Source: Alphaproteobacteria bacterium (GTDB lineage Bacteria; Pseudomonadota; Alphaproteobacteria; UBA9219). Taken from it: a stretch of 64,000 nt of DNA. The position numbers were made by a program, and so were the translations under genes. The notes below the pieces were generated by a model, which made no database searches, was not told the DNA's origin, and saw only the letters and a list, made by a program, of their open reading frames with translations. Positions 17,811-26,865 of the stretch are shown here, in pieces. Location: positions 7,852 through 71,851 of the forward strand of contig JAGWIK010000010.1 in assembly GCA_028866275.1 (NCBI GenBank), given 5' to 3'. Position 1 is the first letter of the stretch; every line of letters starts with the position of its first letter.

Positions 17811-19724
17811 ATGACGTTAAAAATCAAGACTTTCAGCAATCAATCGAACGGCGGCAACGCCTTTTACAAAGCCGTTACGCACCCGCTGGCCGCGGCCAAA
17901 GCGGCCGAACTGCTTTTAGCCCTGCGCAGCGCGGGGCCGGTTGCAATCTATGACCCGCTGGGACAGCTGGACAGCTTCGCCGAATTTTTTCCGACGGACG
18001 GCGTCGATATCGCCGGATATTACGTGCAGGATGTCGAACAAATCGGCCATGTCTGGAACGGCCATACCGCGCAACCTGTGACCGCCCTCAAGGAAACATC
18101 GTGCAAAGCGATTTTCGTCGCCGCCTTCGACGCCGCGAAATTCATCGACCATATCCGGTTGTACACGCCGCATGGCGCGCGCGTGCTCAGCTTCGACGCG
18201 CTGCGCCTGCCCGATGCCATGTTATCCGACCGACGGAATTATCTGGCCAACATCAACTTCGCCACCAATTTTGCCTTCTTCCGCGATGGCGATGGCCAAC
18301 ACACGCGCATCGTCACCGCGAATTACTGGAGCCAGTATGGCAGCGCGTCGCCGCGCGTATGGTGCTATCTCGTAAATAGCGACGGCAAAAACATCGCCGA
18401 ATGGTTCGAAACCCTGCCCGCCGCCAATGCCACTGTCGTTTTCGACAGCGCGGAAATCCGCGCGCGCTTTAAACTGCCCGCATTTACGGGACAGCTTTTT
18501 ATACATGTCGTCGGCGCCGCCGGACATGATGTCGTCAAATACGCGCTCGACACCTATGGCGACACGCCCGACATTTTGTCCTGCACGCATGACGCCAACG
18601 CCTGGCCGTCCAACCAATATGCAGGCCTGCCCGCACCGACCGACGATGAAACCGTGGTGCTGTGGCTGCAAAACAGCCACCCGCGCCCCATTCAATCGGG
18701 CGAAGTCGGGTTGAATTTGATGGGTGACGACACCATTGTTCGCCTGAACAAAATCATCCCGCCTTATGGAACCTACAAACTCGATATCGCCGACTTGCTG
18801 CCGCAAGCGCGCTGGCCCCGGCAAATTGAAATTCAGGCCGCCAAGAATTTCGTGCGCCCGCGCTATGAAATCACCACGCGCAGCAACGGCCACACCCGTA
18901 TCTCCCACCCCAATGTCGAGCGCGAGGATCTGCGCCCCGATCCGCGCCTGCCCGAACTCGGCGACGTCATGGGCAAGCTGTTCATCCTGCCCGCGCCGGT
19001 TCTGCCGCTCGACCGTTACATCTCGCACATGTTGCCGACGCCGATGGCGACGGAACAAAAACATCTGCCGTTACAGGCGTTGATATATGACGCGCGCGGC
19101 AAACTGGCGGCGACCCACAAATTCGGCAATCTGGAACGCAGCGACTCTGTCGCGGTGACGTTGAACGATTTGCTGGCAGGGCAAAAACTCGACGGCGGTT
19201 ACGGCCATGTCGAATTGATTTACGACTTTGCCGCCGGCCGCGAAGCCGACGGCTGGATGCATGCGCTGTTCCGTTATCACGACCGCATCTCGGGCCACGC
19301 CGCCGAAACCAGCTTCGGCGCGCATATTTTCAACACCGTGCTAACTTACAAAAACGAACCGCAAAGCTATGCCGGCCGCGCGCCGGGGCTCAGCACGCGC
19401 CTGTTCCTGCGCACCGGCCCCAAACCCTATGACACGATGTGCCATTTGATCTATCCGGCATCGACGCCATGGCATGCGGCGTCCGACACCGCGTTAGTCC
19501 TGACCGGAATGGACGGCAAGGAAATCGCCAAAAAAACCATCCGCATTCCCTGCGGCGGGTCAATGTTGTGGCGCGTCAGCGAAATGTTTACAGCCGACCA
19601 GATCAAGGCCGCCGGACAACACCCATACGTTTTAATTCGCGACGTGACATGCCGTTTGTTCGGCTATCACGGGTTGATAAGCGCGGACAAAGCCTTCAGC
19701 TTCGACCATATGTTTGGATTTTAA
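17811..19724 (+). CDS. Hypothetical cytoplasmic protein, 637 aa, with internally repeated module of about 60 residues (family not recognised)
   Basis: Coding-like codon usage (GC-rich third positions). Start trimmed to MTLKIKTF (ATG at 17811), because the ORF-track extension overlaps fliI. No signal peptide or TM segment seen. Repeats described in findings. Confidence 0.7.
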   Translation: MTLKIKTFSNQSNGGNAFYKAVTHPLAAAKAAELLLALRSAGPVAIYDPLGQLDSFAEFFPTDGVDIAGYYVQDVEQIGHVWNGHTAQPVTALKETSCKAIFVAAFDAAKFIDHIRLYTPHGARVLSFDALRLPDAMLSDRRNYLANINFATNFAFFRDGDGQHTRIVTANYWSQYGSASPRVWCYLVNSDGKNIAEWFETLPAANATVVFDSAEIRARFKLPAFTGQLFIHVVGAAGHDVVKYALDTYGDTPDILSCTHDANAWPSNQYAGLPAPTDDETVVLWLQNSHPRPIQSGEVGLNLMGDDTIVRLNKIIPPYGTYKLDIADLLPQARWPRQIEIQAAKNFVRPRYEITTRSNGHTRISHPNVEREDLRPDPRLPELGDVMGKLFILPAPVLPLDRYISHMLPTPMATEQKHLPLQALIYDARGKLAATHKFGNLERSDSVAVTLNDLLAGQKLDGGYGHVELIYDFAAGREADGWMHALFRYHDRISGHAAETSFGAHIFNTVLTYKNEPQSYAGRAPGLSTRLFLRTGPKPYDTMCHLIYPASTPWHAASDTALVLTGMDGKEIAKKTIRIPCGGSMLWRVSEMFTADQIKAAGQHPYVLIRDVTCRLFGYHGLISADKAFSFDHMFGF

Positions 19725-19817
19725 CCTTATTTAATTACCAGAACCGGCCGTGGATAGATTTTTTCGTGCCGTTTTTCAGCAACTACTTTCTTATTTTTGT
19801 TATATAAAGGACATACT

Positions 19818-19844
19818 GCGCCGCACAATAGCGGCGTCTTTTTA
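19818..19844 (+). terminator. Probable rho-independent terminator
   Basis: GCGCCGC-acaata-GCGGCGT stem followed by CTTTTT. Confidence 0.55.
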
Positions 19845-19865
19845 TGAAGCCGAGATTTACCAGCA

Positions 19866-21170
19866 ATGTTCGCCCCTGCACCCGACGCGTTATTTTCTAC
19901 CCACGGCATCCTGCCCGCCGAACACGGCATAGGAGACATCTTTCGATCTGCCGCGCGCGAGACCGTTATCCACATCAAAAAAGAATTCGGCAAAATCCTC
20001 GCCGTCGCAGGTTTTGAAATCGATGGCATCGTGCATGATGGTCTCGCGACCGCAACCGGTATCGAAGAAAACATCAACGCGGAAATGCCGGGAACGCTGG
20101 ACGGCACGGCAAGCGACGCGGTGAAAAATGCCGCCGATACGCTGGGCGGCAAAGCCGGCATTTTAAAGAAAGACGGCTTGCGCCACGAATCTCCGGATAT
20201 TTTGCTGCGCAGCCTCAATAACCGTCTACGCAAAACGATGATCCTGTTGCGGCTTGTCTTGCTGCGCGGCCTGCGGAACAAATTAATGATGCCGGGCATC
20301 TTGCTGGCCTCGCGCCTGTTGCCCGCCCATGTCATGACCGACATATGGCCCGCCTTTGTCGGACTGGGGGTCTATATGGGCACCGAAGGTTTGCGCGACC
20401 TCGGGAAAATGCTCACGCAGCGCGCACAATCCCAGCCCGCCAAGCATGAACATTCCTTAAGAAACATTTTCAAGAAAACGGCCCAAGCGGATAAAGAAAA
20501 CACGATAGAATTAAGCTTCGCCCTGTCGGAACTGTTGCGCGAGGTGCCGCCCGTTCCCGCGGCCATCATCACCAGCCTCTACGGGGTCGCGATGCCGCTC
20601 GGGCAATTCGTTTTTAACAGCGGCATCTTTCTGCTCGAACATTTCGGTTTCCGGCAGCAATCTCTTGGGCATAAAAGAACCGGCGCGCTGATCGCCGCCG
20701 CGACGCGCAAATTCGTCAATATATTCCCGTGGGTAAGGCCTGCGCTTAAAAACATGATGGGCGGGCGTTTGATGTTTCATGCGGCCCCGGGGCTTGCCGA
20801 CGGCGTTCTGAACCGAATTCCCCATTTTTCCTCGCCGGAAATAGACGCGTTGCTTGGCGGCACGGGAACCTGTGCGACGGCAGCGCTGTTCACGTTGGGC
20901 GCCATTGAAATCGTGCGCCGCGCCGCGCCAAAGGCCGCGCAACGTTATCCGCAAACGGCGGCCAGAATTGAAAAATCGAAAACCATCGTGGTGGATTTCG
21001 GCGCAAAAGCCGCGCAGTCGAAACGAGCGCAGCAAATCAAAGATTTTGCCCATGCCGCCGGGGAAATAGGCAAGCGCCGGTTTATGCACCCCATGGCGCG
21101 CGCCGGGGCGCGAATCGGGCTTTGCGAACATCCGCACAAACGATGCGCCGGACTACAAAAACACATATAA
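19866..21170 (+). CDS. Hypothetical protein, 434 aa, several hydrophobic segments (family not recognised)
   Basis: Plus-frame third-position GC bias. The opposite-strand ORFs are Arg/Ser-rich shadows. No strong Shine-Dalgarno before the ATG at 19866, so the exact start is uncertain. Confidence 0.55.
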   Translation: MFAPAPDALFSTHGILPAEHGIGDIFRSAARETVIHIKKEFGKILAVAGFEIDGIVHDGLATATGIEENINAEMPGTLDGTASDAVKNAADTLGGKAGILKKDGLRHESPDILLRSLNNRLRKTMILLRLVLLRGLRNKLMMPGILLASRLLPAHVMTDIWPAFVGLGVYMGTEGLRDLGKMLTQRAQSQPAKHEHSLRNIFKKTAQADKENTIELSFALSELLREVPPVPAAIITSLYGVAMPLGQFVFNSGIFLLEHFGFRQQSLGHKRTGALIAAATRKFVNIFPWVRPALKNMMGGRLMFHAAPGLADGVLNRIPHFSSPEIDALLGGTGTCATAALFTLGAIEIVRRAAPKAAQRYPQTAARIEKSKTIVVDFGAKAAQSKRAQQIKDFAHAAGEIGKRRFMHPMARAGARIGLCEHPHKRCAGLQKHI

Positions 21171-21379
21171 CCCATTGTTTATATTCAACAACAAGAAAAC
21201 AATACTTTTTCAGTCCATGATGCATTCGCGCAACAATTGACCCGTCAAAGCGATAGGGTTTATAAACCGCGTTCTTGTTTACGGCGGTGTGATTCCGTCA
21301 GCCGGCCATTGGGGCCGCCGGATATAGTCCGTATTTAACAGCCTCCCCGCGGGGAAGCTTTACTCTAAGGAACAGCAAC

Positions 21380-22558
21380 GTGCCCGTACCTGTGCGTCAA
21401 CAAATCGATGTCGGCCTTTACATCCTCAAGCAAAAGCTTAAGGGCAACAAACACTATCCGCTGGTGTTGATGCTGGAACCTTTGTTCCGCTGCAACCTCG
21501 CCTGCGCCGGATGCGGCAAGATCGATTATCCCGATGAAATTCTGAACCAGCGCCTGACGGTTCAGGAAGCGCTGGACGCCGTCGATGAATGCGGCGCGCC
21601 TATTGTTTCCATTCCGGGCGGCGAGCCTTTGCTGCATCGTGAAATGCCTGAAATCGTCAAAGGCCTGATCGCGAAAAAGAAATATGTCACGCTGTGCACC
21701 AATGCCCTGCTGATGGAAAAGAAGCTCGACCAGTTCACGCCGTCGCCTTATTTCAACTTCTCGGTGCATCTGGACGGCGACAAAGGCGACCACGACCATT
21801 CCGTGTGCCAGGACGGCGTTTATGTGAAGGCCGAAGCCGCCATCAAGGCCGCGCTGGCCAAGGGATTCCGCGTCAATATCAACTGCACCCTGTTCAACAA
21901 TGCGGTGCCGCAACGCATGGCGGATTTCTTCGACCATATGATGGAAATCGGGCTGCACGACATTACGGTGTCCCCCGGTTATGCCTATGAACGCGCGCCG
22001 GATCAGCAGCATTTCCTGAACCGCGAAGCGACCAAGAAAATGTTCCGCGACATTTTCCGCCTGGGCAAGGAACGCGTCAAGGCGGGCAAGGCCAAATGGC
22101 GTTTCAGCCAGTCGCCCTTGTTCATGGATTTCCTCGCCGGAAACCAGACCTACGAATGCACGCCGTGGGGCCTGCCCACGCGCAACGTGTTCGGCTGGCA
22201 ACGCCCTTGCTATTTGTTGGGCGAAGGCTATGCCAAAACCTATCGCGAACTGATCGAAACCACGGAATGGGAAAAATACGGCACGGGCCGTTATGAAAAA
22301 TGCGCCAACTGCATGGTGCATTGCGGCTATGAACCCACCGCCGCCAACGACGCCTTCAGCAAGCCGTGGAAGATGATCTGGCTCGCCCTGCGCGGCATCC
22401 GCACCGAAGGCGCGATGGCCAAGGACATCGACCTGTCGCATCAGCGCCCCGCCGAATATGTCTTCAGCAAGCATGTGCAGACGGTGATGGATAAAATCCA
22501 TGCCAGCAAAACGGCGGAAGCCAACGCCAAAGCCGTGGCCGAAGCGGCGGCGGAATAG
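21380..22558 (+). CDS. hpnH: Hopanoid biosynthesis radical SAM protein HpnH (adenosylhopane synthase)
   Basis: YPLVLMLEPLFRCNLACAGCGKIDYP CxxxCxxC cluster and full-length HpnH-like sequence; GTG start. Confidence 0.9.
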   Translation: MPVPVRQQIDVGLYILKQKLKGNKHYPLVLMLEPLFRCNLACAGCGKIDYPDEILNQRLTVQEALDAVDECGAPIVSIPGGEPLLHREMPEIVKGLIAKKKYVTLCTNALLMEKKLDQFTPSPYFNFSVHLDGDKGDHDHSVCQDGVYVKAEAAIKAALAKGFRVNINCTLFNNAVPQRMADFFDHMMEIGLHDITVSPGYAYERAPDQQHFLNREATKKMFRDIFRLGKERVKAGKAKWRFSQSPLFMDFLAGNQTYECTPWGLPTRNVFGWQRPCYLLGEGYAKTYRELIETTEWEKYGTGRYEKCANCMVHCGYEPTAANDAFSKPWKMIWLALRGIRTEGAMAKDIDLSHQRPAEYVFSKHVQTVMDKIHASKTAEANAKAVAEAAAE

Positions 22559-22635
22559 CAGCCCCTGTTCGCAAGAAAAACGTCCCCCGGCGCAGAGGCC
22601 GGGCGGACGATTGCGCAAACTCCGTAGCGATCTCC

Positions 22636-23337
22636 TTAAAACACAAATCCGCGCGGGGCGGTGAATCCGGGCGCGGGACGGACATTGGCGTTAAACAGCA
22701 TATGCTGGGCGATGACGCCGTTTTCCTTGCGGTAAATCGCCGCCTGCCCGGTATGCGCGGCATGCGGCTTGTCATGGAACATCATGACAGCGACCAGACG
22801 CCCGCCTTCGGCCAGTTGATCCAGCAAAATCTGCGGCACGAATTCGATGCTGCCATTGATAAAAATCACATCGAATGTTTCGTGGATCTTACACCCTTCG
22901 ACCGGCGCGCCGGCCAGAACGGTGGCCTTGCCTGCCGCGTATTTGGCAATGTTATGCTCGGCTTCGGCATACAAAACGGCGTCGGGTTCGACCGCAATAA
23001 CCCTGCCCGCCAGCGCGGCCAGAACAAGTGTCGAATACCCCGTGGCGGGTGCGAGATCCAACACCGTATCGGTGGGTTTTATATCGGCGGCCTGTATCAG
23101 GCGGGCCAGAACCATCGGCTTCATCAGGCTGCGCCCGCCCATCAAGGCGATATCCTCATCCAGATAGGCGACGCCCACAAGGTGCGACGGCACGAACAGC
23201 TCGCGCGGCAGGCTTCCCATCACATCGAGGATACGCAAATCGGTCACCTGATTGGGGCGCAGCTGGCCTTCGATCATATTAAAACGCGCCGTGGCGAAAT
23301 CGGGCGAAGCGTCGGAAGCGGCAAGAGCATTGGTCAT
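22636..23337 (-). CDS. pcm: Protein-L-isoaspartate O-methyltransferase family protein
   Basis: 233 aa, MIEGQLRPNQV...VLDLAPATGYSTLVLA SAM-binding motif. Start trimmed to ATG at 23337. Confidence 0.8.
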   Translation of the reverse strand: MTNALAASDASPDFATARFNMIEGQLRPNQVTDLRILDVMGSLPRELFVPSHLVGVAYLDEDIALMGGRSLMKPMVLARLIQAADIKPTDTVLDLAPATGYSTLVLAALAGRVIAVEPDAVLYAEAEHNIAKYAAGKATVLAGAPVEGCKIHETFDVIFINGSIEFVPQILLDQLAEGGRLVAVMMFHDKPHAAHTGQAAIYRKENGVIAQHMLFNANVRPAPGFTAPRGFVF

Positions 23338-23454
23338 GGGAACGAACGGGGGCAAGGGCGAATTTGGAATGAAAAATAACGTGGTTAATGGTATACAAGC
23401 TTGACCGCCGCGGCTCAAGAACCTAATGTCCCCTCCCTTGGCCCTGTTTGGAAT

Positions 23455-23528
23455 GGCGCGGTGGCAGAATGGCTATGTAGCGGACTGCAAATCCGTCTAT
23501 GCCGGTTCGATTCCGGCCCGTGCCTCCA
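23455..23528 (+). tRNA. tRNA-Cys (GCA)
   Basis: GGCGCGG...GCGGA-CTGCAAA-TCCGT...CCGGTTCGATTCCGG-CCGTGCC-T-CCA; hand-folded cloverleaf. Confidence 0.9.
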
Positions 23529-23650
23529 TTTACTGGTTTATGAAAATCCAAGGCAATCCAGCAAATCGCATTCTTCCCGTATTTTGTCGGTTCTGTTGAA
23601 CCGACGCGATTTATGGGCGCCCGGAGTCATCCAAAAAATTGGGGGCATCC

Positions 23651-24295
23651 TTACCCCAGAACCGCTTCAATCCCCGCCGTGACCTCCGTCATCGCGCTCA
23701 TGCCGTCAACCTGACGCAGCAGGCCCTTGGCCTTGTAATAGGGCAAAATCGGCGCGGTCTGGTCGTAAAACGCCTTCAGGCGCGTCTTCATGGTTTCGGC
23801 GTTATCGTCGGCGCGGCGGGTGAATTCCGTGCCGCCGCAAACATCGCACACGCCCGCCTTGGCGGTGGGCTTAAATTTGTCGTGATACCCTGCCCCGCAT
23901 TTGGCGCAGGTATACCGGCCCGACACGCGTTCGACCAGCGCGGCATCGTCAACCACCAATTCAATCACGGCGTGCAAATGCTTGCCGTGGCGCGCCAGCA
24001 TGGCGTCCAACGCTTCGGCCTGCGGGACCGTGCGCGGAAACCCGTCGAGGATAAAACCGTTGCCGCATTCGGGGCCGGAAATGCGCGCTTCGATCATGCG
24101 CACCACCAGATCATCAGGAACCAGCTTGCCGGCATCCATCAGGCTTTTGGCTTCCATGCCAAGCGGATCCTGATTTTTGATCGCGGCGCGCAACATGTCG
24201 CCGGTCGAAAGCTGGCACATGCCGCGTTTTTCTTCCAAAAACTTGGCCTGCGTACCCTTGCCAGCACCGGGCGGGCCAATGAGGATAATGTTCAT
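23651..24295 (-). CDS. adk: Adenylate kinase
   Basis: MNIILIGPPGAGKGTQA P-loop. Lid with CAKCG...CDVCG zinc-finger-type cysteines. Confidence 0.95.
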   Translation of the reverse strand: MNIILIGPPGAGKGTQAKFLEEKRGMCQLSTGDMLRAAIKNQDPLGMEAKSLMDAGKLVPDDLVVRMIEARISGPECGNGFILDGFPRTVPQAEALDAMLARHGKHLHAVIELVVDDAALVERVSGRYTCAKCGAGYHDKFKPTAKAGVCDVCGGTEFTRRADDNAETMKTRLKAFYDQTAPILPYYKAKGLLRQVDGMSAMTEVTAGIEAVLG

Positions 24296-24308
24296 ATACC
24301 GTCGCTCC

Positions 24309-25661
24309 CTATCTGCCGCGCAGTTTCGATTTTTTGATCAGCCCCTCATATTGATGGGCAATCAAATGCGACTGAACGCGCGAAATCGTGTCGATGGTGA
24401 CGCTGACGACAATAAGGATCGACGTGCCGCCCAGATAGAACGGAATGGCGCCGCGGCTCATCAAAAATTCCGGCAGCAAGCAAATGGCAACCAGATAAGC
24501 CGACCCCAGCACTGTCAACCGCGTCAGGACAAAATCGAAATAATCGGCCGTATTCTTGCCGGGCCGGATGCCGGGCACGAACCCGCCGTATTTTTTCAAA
24601 TTGTCGGCGGTGTCGACGGGGTTAAAAACAACGGCGGTATAGAAGAACGAAAAAAATGCGATCAACGCGGCATATAAAACCATAAATAACGGCTTGCCAT
24701 GGCCCAGCTGCGCCACGATATCAGCCATTACGCCGCCTTTTTCCTGCAGATTGGAAAAACTGGCCAGCGTCAACGGGAACAACAGAAGCGACGACGCGAA
24801 AATCGGCGGAATGACGCCCGATGTGTTGATTTTCAACGGCAGATGCGACGCTTCGCCGCCGAACATTTTATTGCCGACCTGACGCTTGGGGTACTGGATC
24901 AAAATGCGCCGCTGCGCGCGTTCGCACGCGACGCAGATGGCCAGAACGGCAAAGATAATGGCGATAATCAGCAGGATAAACCATGTCGACAATGCGCCGG
25001 TACGCCCCAGCTCCAGCGTTTGCCCGACGGCGTTGGGCAGGTTGGCAACGATACCGGCATAGATGATAAGCGACGTGCCATTGCCGATGCCGCGCGCGGT
25101 GATTTGCTCGCCCAGCCACATCAGGAACACAGTGCCGCCGGTCAGCGTAATCATGGTGCTGAGCCTGAAAAAAGCGCTGGATAAAATCACGGCGGAACCT
25201 TGCGATCCCATCATATTTTCAAGCCCGACGGCCAACGCATAGGATTGCACCGCGGCGAACCCGACGGTCAGGTAACGCGAATATTGGTTCAGCTTGATGC
25301 GGCCCTGTTCGCCTTCTTTTTTCAATGCTTCGAAATAAGGCAAAATGGCCGACAGCAGCTGCACGATAATCGACGCGGTAATGTACGGCATGACGCCCAG
25401 CGCGAAAATCGTCATACGTTTCAACGCGCCACCCGAAAACATGTTGAACATGTCCATAATGCCGCCGCCGTGACGACGGAAAATTTCCCCCAGCATAACA
25501 GGGTCGATACCCGGCACGGGAATATAAGTCCCGACGCGATAGACGATCAGGGCCAACACGGTGAAGATGATGCGGCTTTTAAGCTCGGTTGCTTTGGAAA
25601 AAACCGAAAGGTTAAGGCCGGAAGCGAGGGATTCGGTAGGAGAAGCCATAGAATTCAACAA
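24309..25661 (-). CDS. secY: Preprotein translocase subunit SecY
   Basis: About 446-450 aa, 10-TM SecY pattern (IPVPGID, FSGGALKRMTIFALGVMPYITASII, GTSLIIYAGIV). Start may instead be the second Met at 25649. Confidence 0.95.
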   Translation of the reverse strand: MLNSMASPTESLASGLNLSVFSKATELKSRIIFTVLALIVYRVGTYIPVPGIDPVMLGEIFRRHGGGIMDMFNMFSGGALKRMTIFALGVMPYITASIIVQLLSAILPYFEALKKEGEQGRIKLNQYSRYLTVGFAAVQSYALAVGLENMMGSQGSAVILSSAFFRLSTMITLTGGTVFLMWLGEQITARGIGNGTSLIIYAGIVANLPNAVGQTLELGRTGALSTWFILLIIAIIFAVLAICVACERAQRRILIQYPKRQVGNKMFGGEASHLPLKINTSGVIPPIFASSLLLFPLTLASFSNLQEKGGVMADIVAQLGHGKPLFMVLYAALIAFFSFFYTAVVFNPVDTADNLKKYGGFVPGIRPGKNTADYFDFVLTRLTVLGSAYLVAICLLPEFLMSRGAIPFYLGGTSILIVVSVTIDTISRVQSHLIAHQYEGLIKKSKLRGR

Positions 25662-25855
25662 GGTAAGAGGTGACGCAGGCGTTAATCCGCACCGGCACAG
25701 GTTAACCGGCCCAAGGAAACTAATGGCTGGGGGAAGATATTACAAGGGATTGATGTAGGTGCGGTGCGGCAGAAATTTTTATTTTCATGGTTTATCGGTT
25801 ATGATCGTGGCAGGTCACAATTAAACATTGTAACATTACAGCAACAGGACACGAT

Positions 25856-26248
25856 ATGCCGCCTTCCCTGTCAAATATATCCGGAAAACCCGCGCGTGGG
25901 CCCAAAAAATATCGTTTATTGTCGTTAATCGGTGGCGCCGTTGTCGTCGGGACGGGGGCGCTGGTCGCCGCATCCTTCTTTTATGACAAGAAGCAGCCCT
26001 CACCGACGGAAAGCCAGACGGCTACGGTGCCGGCCTATGTCGTTGCCAATGCCCTCGTTCAGGACGCTCCTTTCGGAAGCATAAAGGGGCACCTGCATTG
26101 CGGCGATAAAGTTTTGACGGTTCACGGCATTACGCGCAGTTCGCAAGATATCGGAAACTGGACAGAGATTGTCGGCCCCAATCGGGGGACAGATCAATGG
26201 ATTTATAGCTCCCGCTTGACCTTAGAGCAGCCCCGGTGCGGCGGGTAA
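25856..26248 (+). CDS. Hypothetical membrane-anchored small protein (130 aa), possibly with an SH3-like C-terminal domain
   Basis: One N-terminal TM segment (LLSLIGGAVVVGTGALVAASFF), then a segment of about 80 aa. Domain call is tentative. Confidence 0.45.
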   Translation: MPPSLSNISGKPARGPKKYRLLSLIGGAVVVGTGALVAASFFYDKKQPSPTESQTATVPAYVVANALVQDAPFGSIKGHLHCGDKVLTVHGITRSSQDIGNWTEIVGPNRGTDQWIYSSRLTLEQPRCGG

Positions 26249-26260
26249 GCCGGTTTGGCC

Positions 26261-26857
26261 TCAATCCGATTTTTTAACCAGATAAAGCTGAGACAGCGGC
26301 ATATCCAGCACAAACCCGATTTTTGCGGAAAAACAGTTGGTAAAGGCGTCAATCGCCATTTTCGGGGTTTGCGTCGGATTGTCGCCGTAATTCCACAGAT
26401 AATCGTCGCAGACGATAAAGCCCCCGATTTTGGCCAGCCGAAAACACATCACCATGTCTTCCAGAACTTCGGGCCCGCCGTGATTACCGTCGACATAGAT
26501 GAAATCGAACGTCCCCGCGCCACCCTCGGCCAAAAGTTTTGGCAATATATGCCGCGACGGGCCTTTATGCTTGACGAACGCGACGCCCGGTTTCGCGGCG
26601 CGGGCCAGCGCGATATTATCGTCAAAGCGCGATTCAATATCGGCGGCAGGCCAGGGGTCGATAGCGTGAAATTCATCGCCCGCGCGCAGGTGATTGTCGA
26701 CGACCCACACCGCGGAACGGCCTTCGTGGCTGCCGATTTCCAGAACGCGGCGCGGCCCGCCGGGCATGGCGCGCCATAATTTTTCCCATGCCGGAATGTT
26801 GCCGGAAAACCAGTCGGCGGTGAATTGATAGGATGAAGCCGCCACGCCGTTGTGCAT
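26261..26857 (-). CDS. Class I SAM-dependent methyltransferase (Methyltransf_24 / O-methyltransferase-like)
   Basis: VLEIGSHEGRSAVW...FDFIYVDGNHGGPEV...GGFIVCDDY. Confidence 0.8.
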   Translation of the reverse strand: MHNGVAASSYQFTADWFSGNIPAWEKLWRAMPGGPRRVLEIGSHEGRSAVWVVDNHLRAGDEFHAIDPWPAADIESRFDDNIALARAAKPGVAFVKHKGPSRHILPKLLAEGGAGTFDFIYVDGNHGGPEVLEDMVMCFRLAKIGGFIVCDDYLWNYGDNPTQTPKMAIDAFTNCFSAKIGFVLDMPLSQLYLVKKSD

Positions 26858-26865
26858 GATGTTCT

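Noticed and set aside
19727-20344. A 205-aa minus-strand ORF as an alternative to the 434-aa gene.
   Set aside because: The product is Arg/Ser/Pro-rich, typical of an off-frame translation. The plus frame shows the expected third-position GC bias.
24309-25661. An accessory SecY2 system.
   Set aside because: The sequence looks like a canonical full-length SecY. It is followed by adk, as in the housekeeping arrangement, and no secA2 or asp genes or glycosylated-adhesin genes are nearby.
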